Assembly: GCA_963847445.1 (NCBI GenBank)
Contig: CAWJZV010000048.1
Location: 32,001-96,000 of the forward strand
DNA: 64,000 nt
From: an uncultured delta proteobacterium
Lineage (GTDB): Bacteria > Desulfobacterota > Binatia > UBA9968
Direction: 5' to 3'
Shown: positions 62,649 to 64,000 of the stretch, one piece after another
Numbering within the stretch: the first letter of the stretch is position 1
Layout of the letters: the number at the start of each line of letters is the position of its first letter
The notes under the pieces: generated by a model
The model's input: the letters and a program-made list of their open reading frames with translations, nothing else
What the model was told of the DNA's origin: nothing
Database searches by the model: none
Position numbers and translations under genes: made by a program

Positions 62649-63650
62649 ATGATCAGCTATCTCCTGCGCCGCCTTGCCGGAACCATCCCGGTTCTCGTGC
62701 TGATCAGCCTGTTAGTATTCCTGTTGATCCACGCCGCGCCCGGCGATCCGACGCTCATGCTCCTCGGCGAAGAAACCAACGCCGCCGAAGTCGCCAAGGC
62801 TAAAGCGCGCTGGGGACTCGATCAACCGCTCTATGTGCAGTACTGGAAATTCTTGAAGTCGGTCGCCGCCGGCGATTTCGGCAAGTCGTTCAAGTATGCC
62901 GAGCCGGTCACCAGCGTGATTCGCAGCCGGCTGCCGGCGACCATCGAGCTGGCGTTTTGCGCCATCGTCATCGCCACGCTGCTGGCCATCCCGCTGGGCG
63001 TTTGGGCCGGCGCCAGGCCGAACTCGTGGATCGACAATCTCGGCACCACTTGCGGCCTGTTCGGCATCAGCATGCCGAGCTTTTGGCTGGCGATCATGTT
63101 GATCCTGCTACTCGCCGGCGTGTTGAATATTCTGCCAACCTCCGGCCGCAGCACCTACGGCATCGCCGGACCGGAACGGACCGGCTTTTATATTCTCGAC
63201 AGCGTCATGGCGAAAAACTGGCAAGCGGTTTGGGACGCGTTGACGCATTTATTTCTGCCGGCGCTCGCCCTCGGCGTTAACATGCTCGGCATCCTCATGC
63301 GCGTCACCCGCTCGTCGATATTGGAAGTGATGAACGAGGATTATGTGCGCACGGCGCGCGCCAAAGGGTTGCGCGAGAAAAAAGTCGTCTGGCGCCATGT
63401 CAGCAGCAACGCCTTGATCCCGGTCATCACCGTGGTCGGCTTGGAGCTCGGCACCTTGCTCAGCGGCTCGATCATCGTCGAAACCGTGTTCGCCTGGCCG
63501 GGCGGCGGCAGTTTATTGATCACCGCGCTCAACGCCCGCGACTATCCGCTGGTCACCGGTCTGGTGCTGACCTACACCACGGCGTTCGTCGCGATCAATT
63601 TAATTATCGATGGACTTTATGCAGTCGTTGACCCTCGAATCCGTTACTGA
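62649..63650 (+). CDS. Peptide ABC transporter permease (DppB-like)
   Basis: APGDP, GLDQP, PATIEL, PSFW, YVRTARAKGL, ETVFAWPG and DPRIR motifs. Confidence 0.93.
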   Translation: MISYLLRRLAGTIPVLVLISLLVFLLIHAAPGDPTLMLLGEETNAAEVAKAKARWGLDQPLYVQYWKFLKSVAAGDFGKSFKYAEPVTSVIRSRLPATIELAFCAIVIATLLAIPLGVWAGARPNSWIDNLGTTCGLFGISMPSFWLAIMLILLLAGVLNILPTSGRSTYGIAGPERTGFYILDSVMAKNWQAVWDALTHLFLPALALGVNMLGILMRVTRSSILEVMNEDYVRTARAKGLREKKVVWRHVSSNALIPVITVVGLELGTLLSGSIIVETVFAWPGGGSLLITALNARDYPLVTGLVLTYTTAFVAINLIIDGLYAVVDPRIRY

Positions 63651-64000
63651 AAAAAGCCCCGGCGCCCTGGCCCGTCTGCTGCCGCGGCTCCATGCCAAGG
63701 CATTCACCGGCGGGCTGATCGTCTTGACGTTCATCTTGGTCGGCATCTTCGGGCCCTACTTCGCGCCCCATGATCCCAACAAACAAGAACTCACCGCCAT
63801 GATGAAGCCGCCCGAGGGGATCGGCGCCAACCATGTCTTAGGCACCGACAATCTCGGCCGGGATATATTTAGCCGGGTGGTGCACGGCTCGCGGGTGTCG
63901 CTGTTGGTCGCCTTCGCCGTGGTGTTCGTCTCGGGGCTCATCGGCATCACACTGGGCGCGGTGTCGGGCTACTTCGGCGGCAAGGTCGATTTTCTGATTC
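63619..64000 (+). CDS. Peptide ABC transporter permease (DppC-like), N-terminal part; runs off the window
   Basis: Manual translation includes APHDP, HVLGTDNLGRDIFSRVVHGSRVSL and GYFGGKVD. Confidence 0.88.
   Translation, partial: MQSLTLESVTEKSPGALARLLPRLHAKAFTGGLIVLTFILVGIFGPYFAPHDPNKQELTAMMKPPEGIGANHVLGTDNLGRDIFSRVVHGSRVSLLVAFAVVFVSGLIGITLGAVSGYFGGKVDFLI

Noticed and set aside
63647-63666. Similarity to the 15-bp tandem repeat at 59983
   Set aside because: The match is imperfect and lies within coding overlap; probably chance.
1-64000. tRNA, rRNA or riboswitch genes
   Set aside because: I recognised no T-loop/cloverleaf, rRNA or riboswitch signature by eye. An Infernal or tRNAscan run is needed to exclude them, especially in 49420-49610 and 50620-51070.

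Overview
This is a GC-rich bacterial chromosomal segment. Its gene content (many solute-binding proteins, TTT and ABC transporters, UbiD, LLM and amidohydrolase enzymes, deltaproteobacterial-style housekeeping genes) suggests Candidatus Binatia or a related lineage; that is inference only. Single-base indels break many genes, including essential infB and dnaB, so most split ORFs are probably long-read assembly errors. Core content: the rimP-nusA-ylxR-infB-DUF503-rbfA-truB operon, GTP-PEPCK, an NtrB/NtrC-like pair, thiE, dnaB, queF, cca, an M16 peptidase pair, ilvD, an NAD-linked formate dehydrogenase, a CheB-CheR-PAS/hybrid kinase pair and a peptide ABC operon. Most notable: (1) An accessory hotspot at about 31.0-34.6 kb with two attC-like sites and integron-type cassettes but no integrase in the window. 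It also has two toxin-antitoxin modules reduced to the antitoxin plus a toxin stub, and a synonymously diverged duplicate of a gene's 3' end. (2) A three-subunit Co-type nitrile-hydratase-family enzyme with thiocyanate-hydrolase-like signatures. (3) Several families of palindromic intergenic elements with tandem-unit arms, some nested inside one another. (4) A predicted secreted LigE-type ligase, a CADD/PqqC-like diiron protein, a TctA-TctB fusion, a J-domain/zinc-ribbon protein and two paralogous unknown exported proteins. I found no tRNA, rRNA or CRISPR array.
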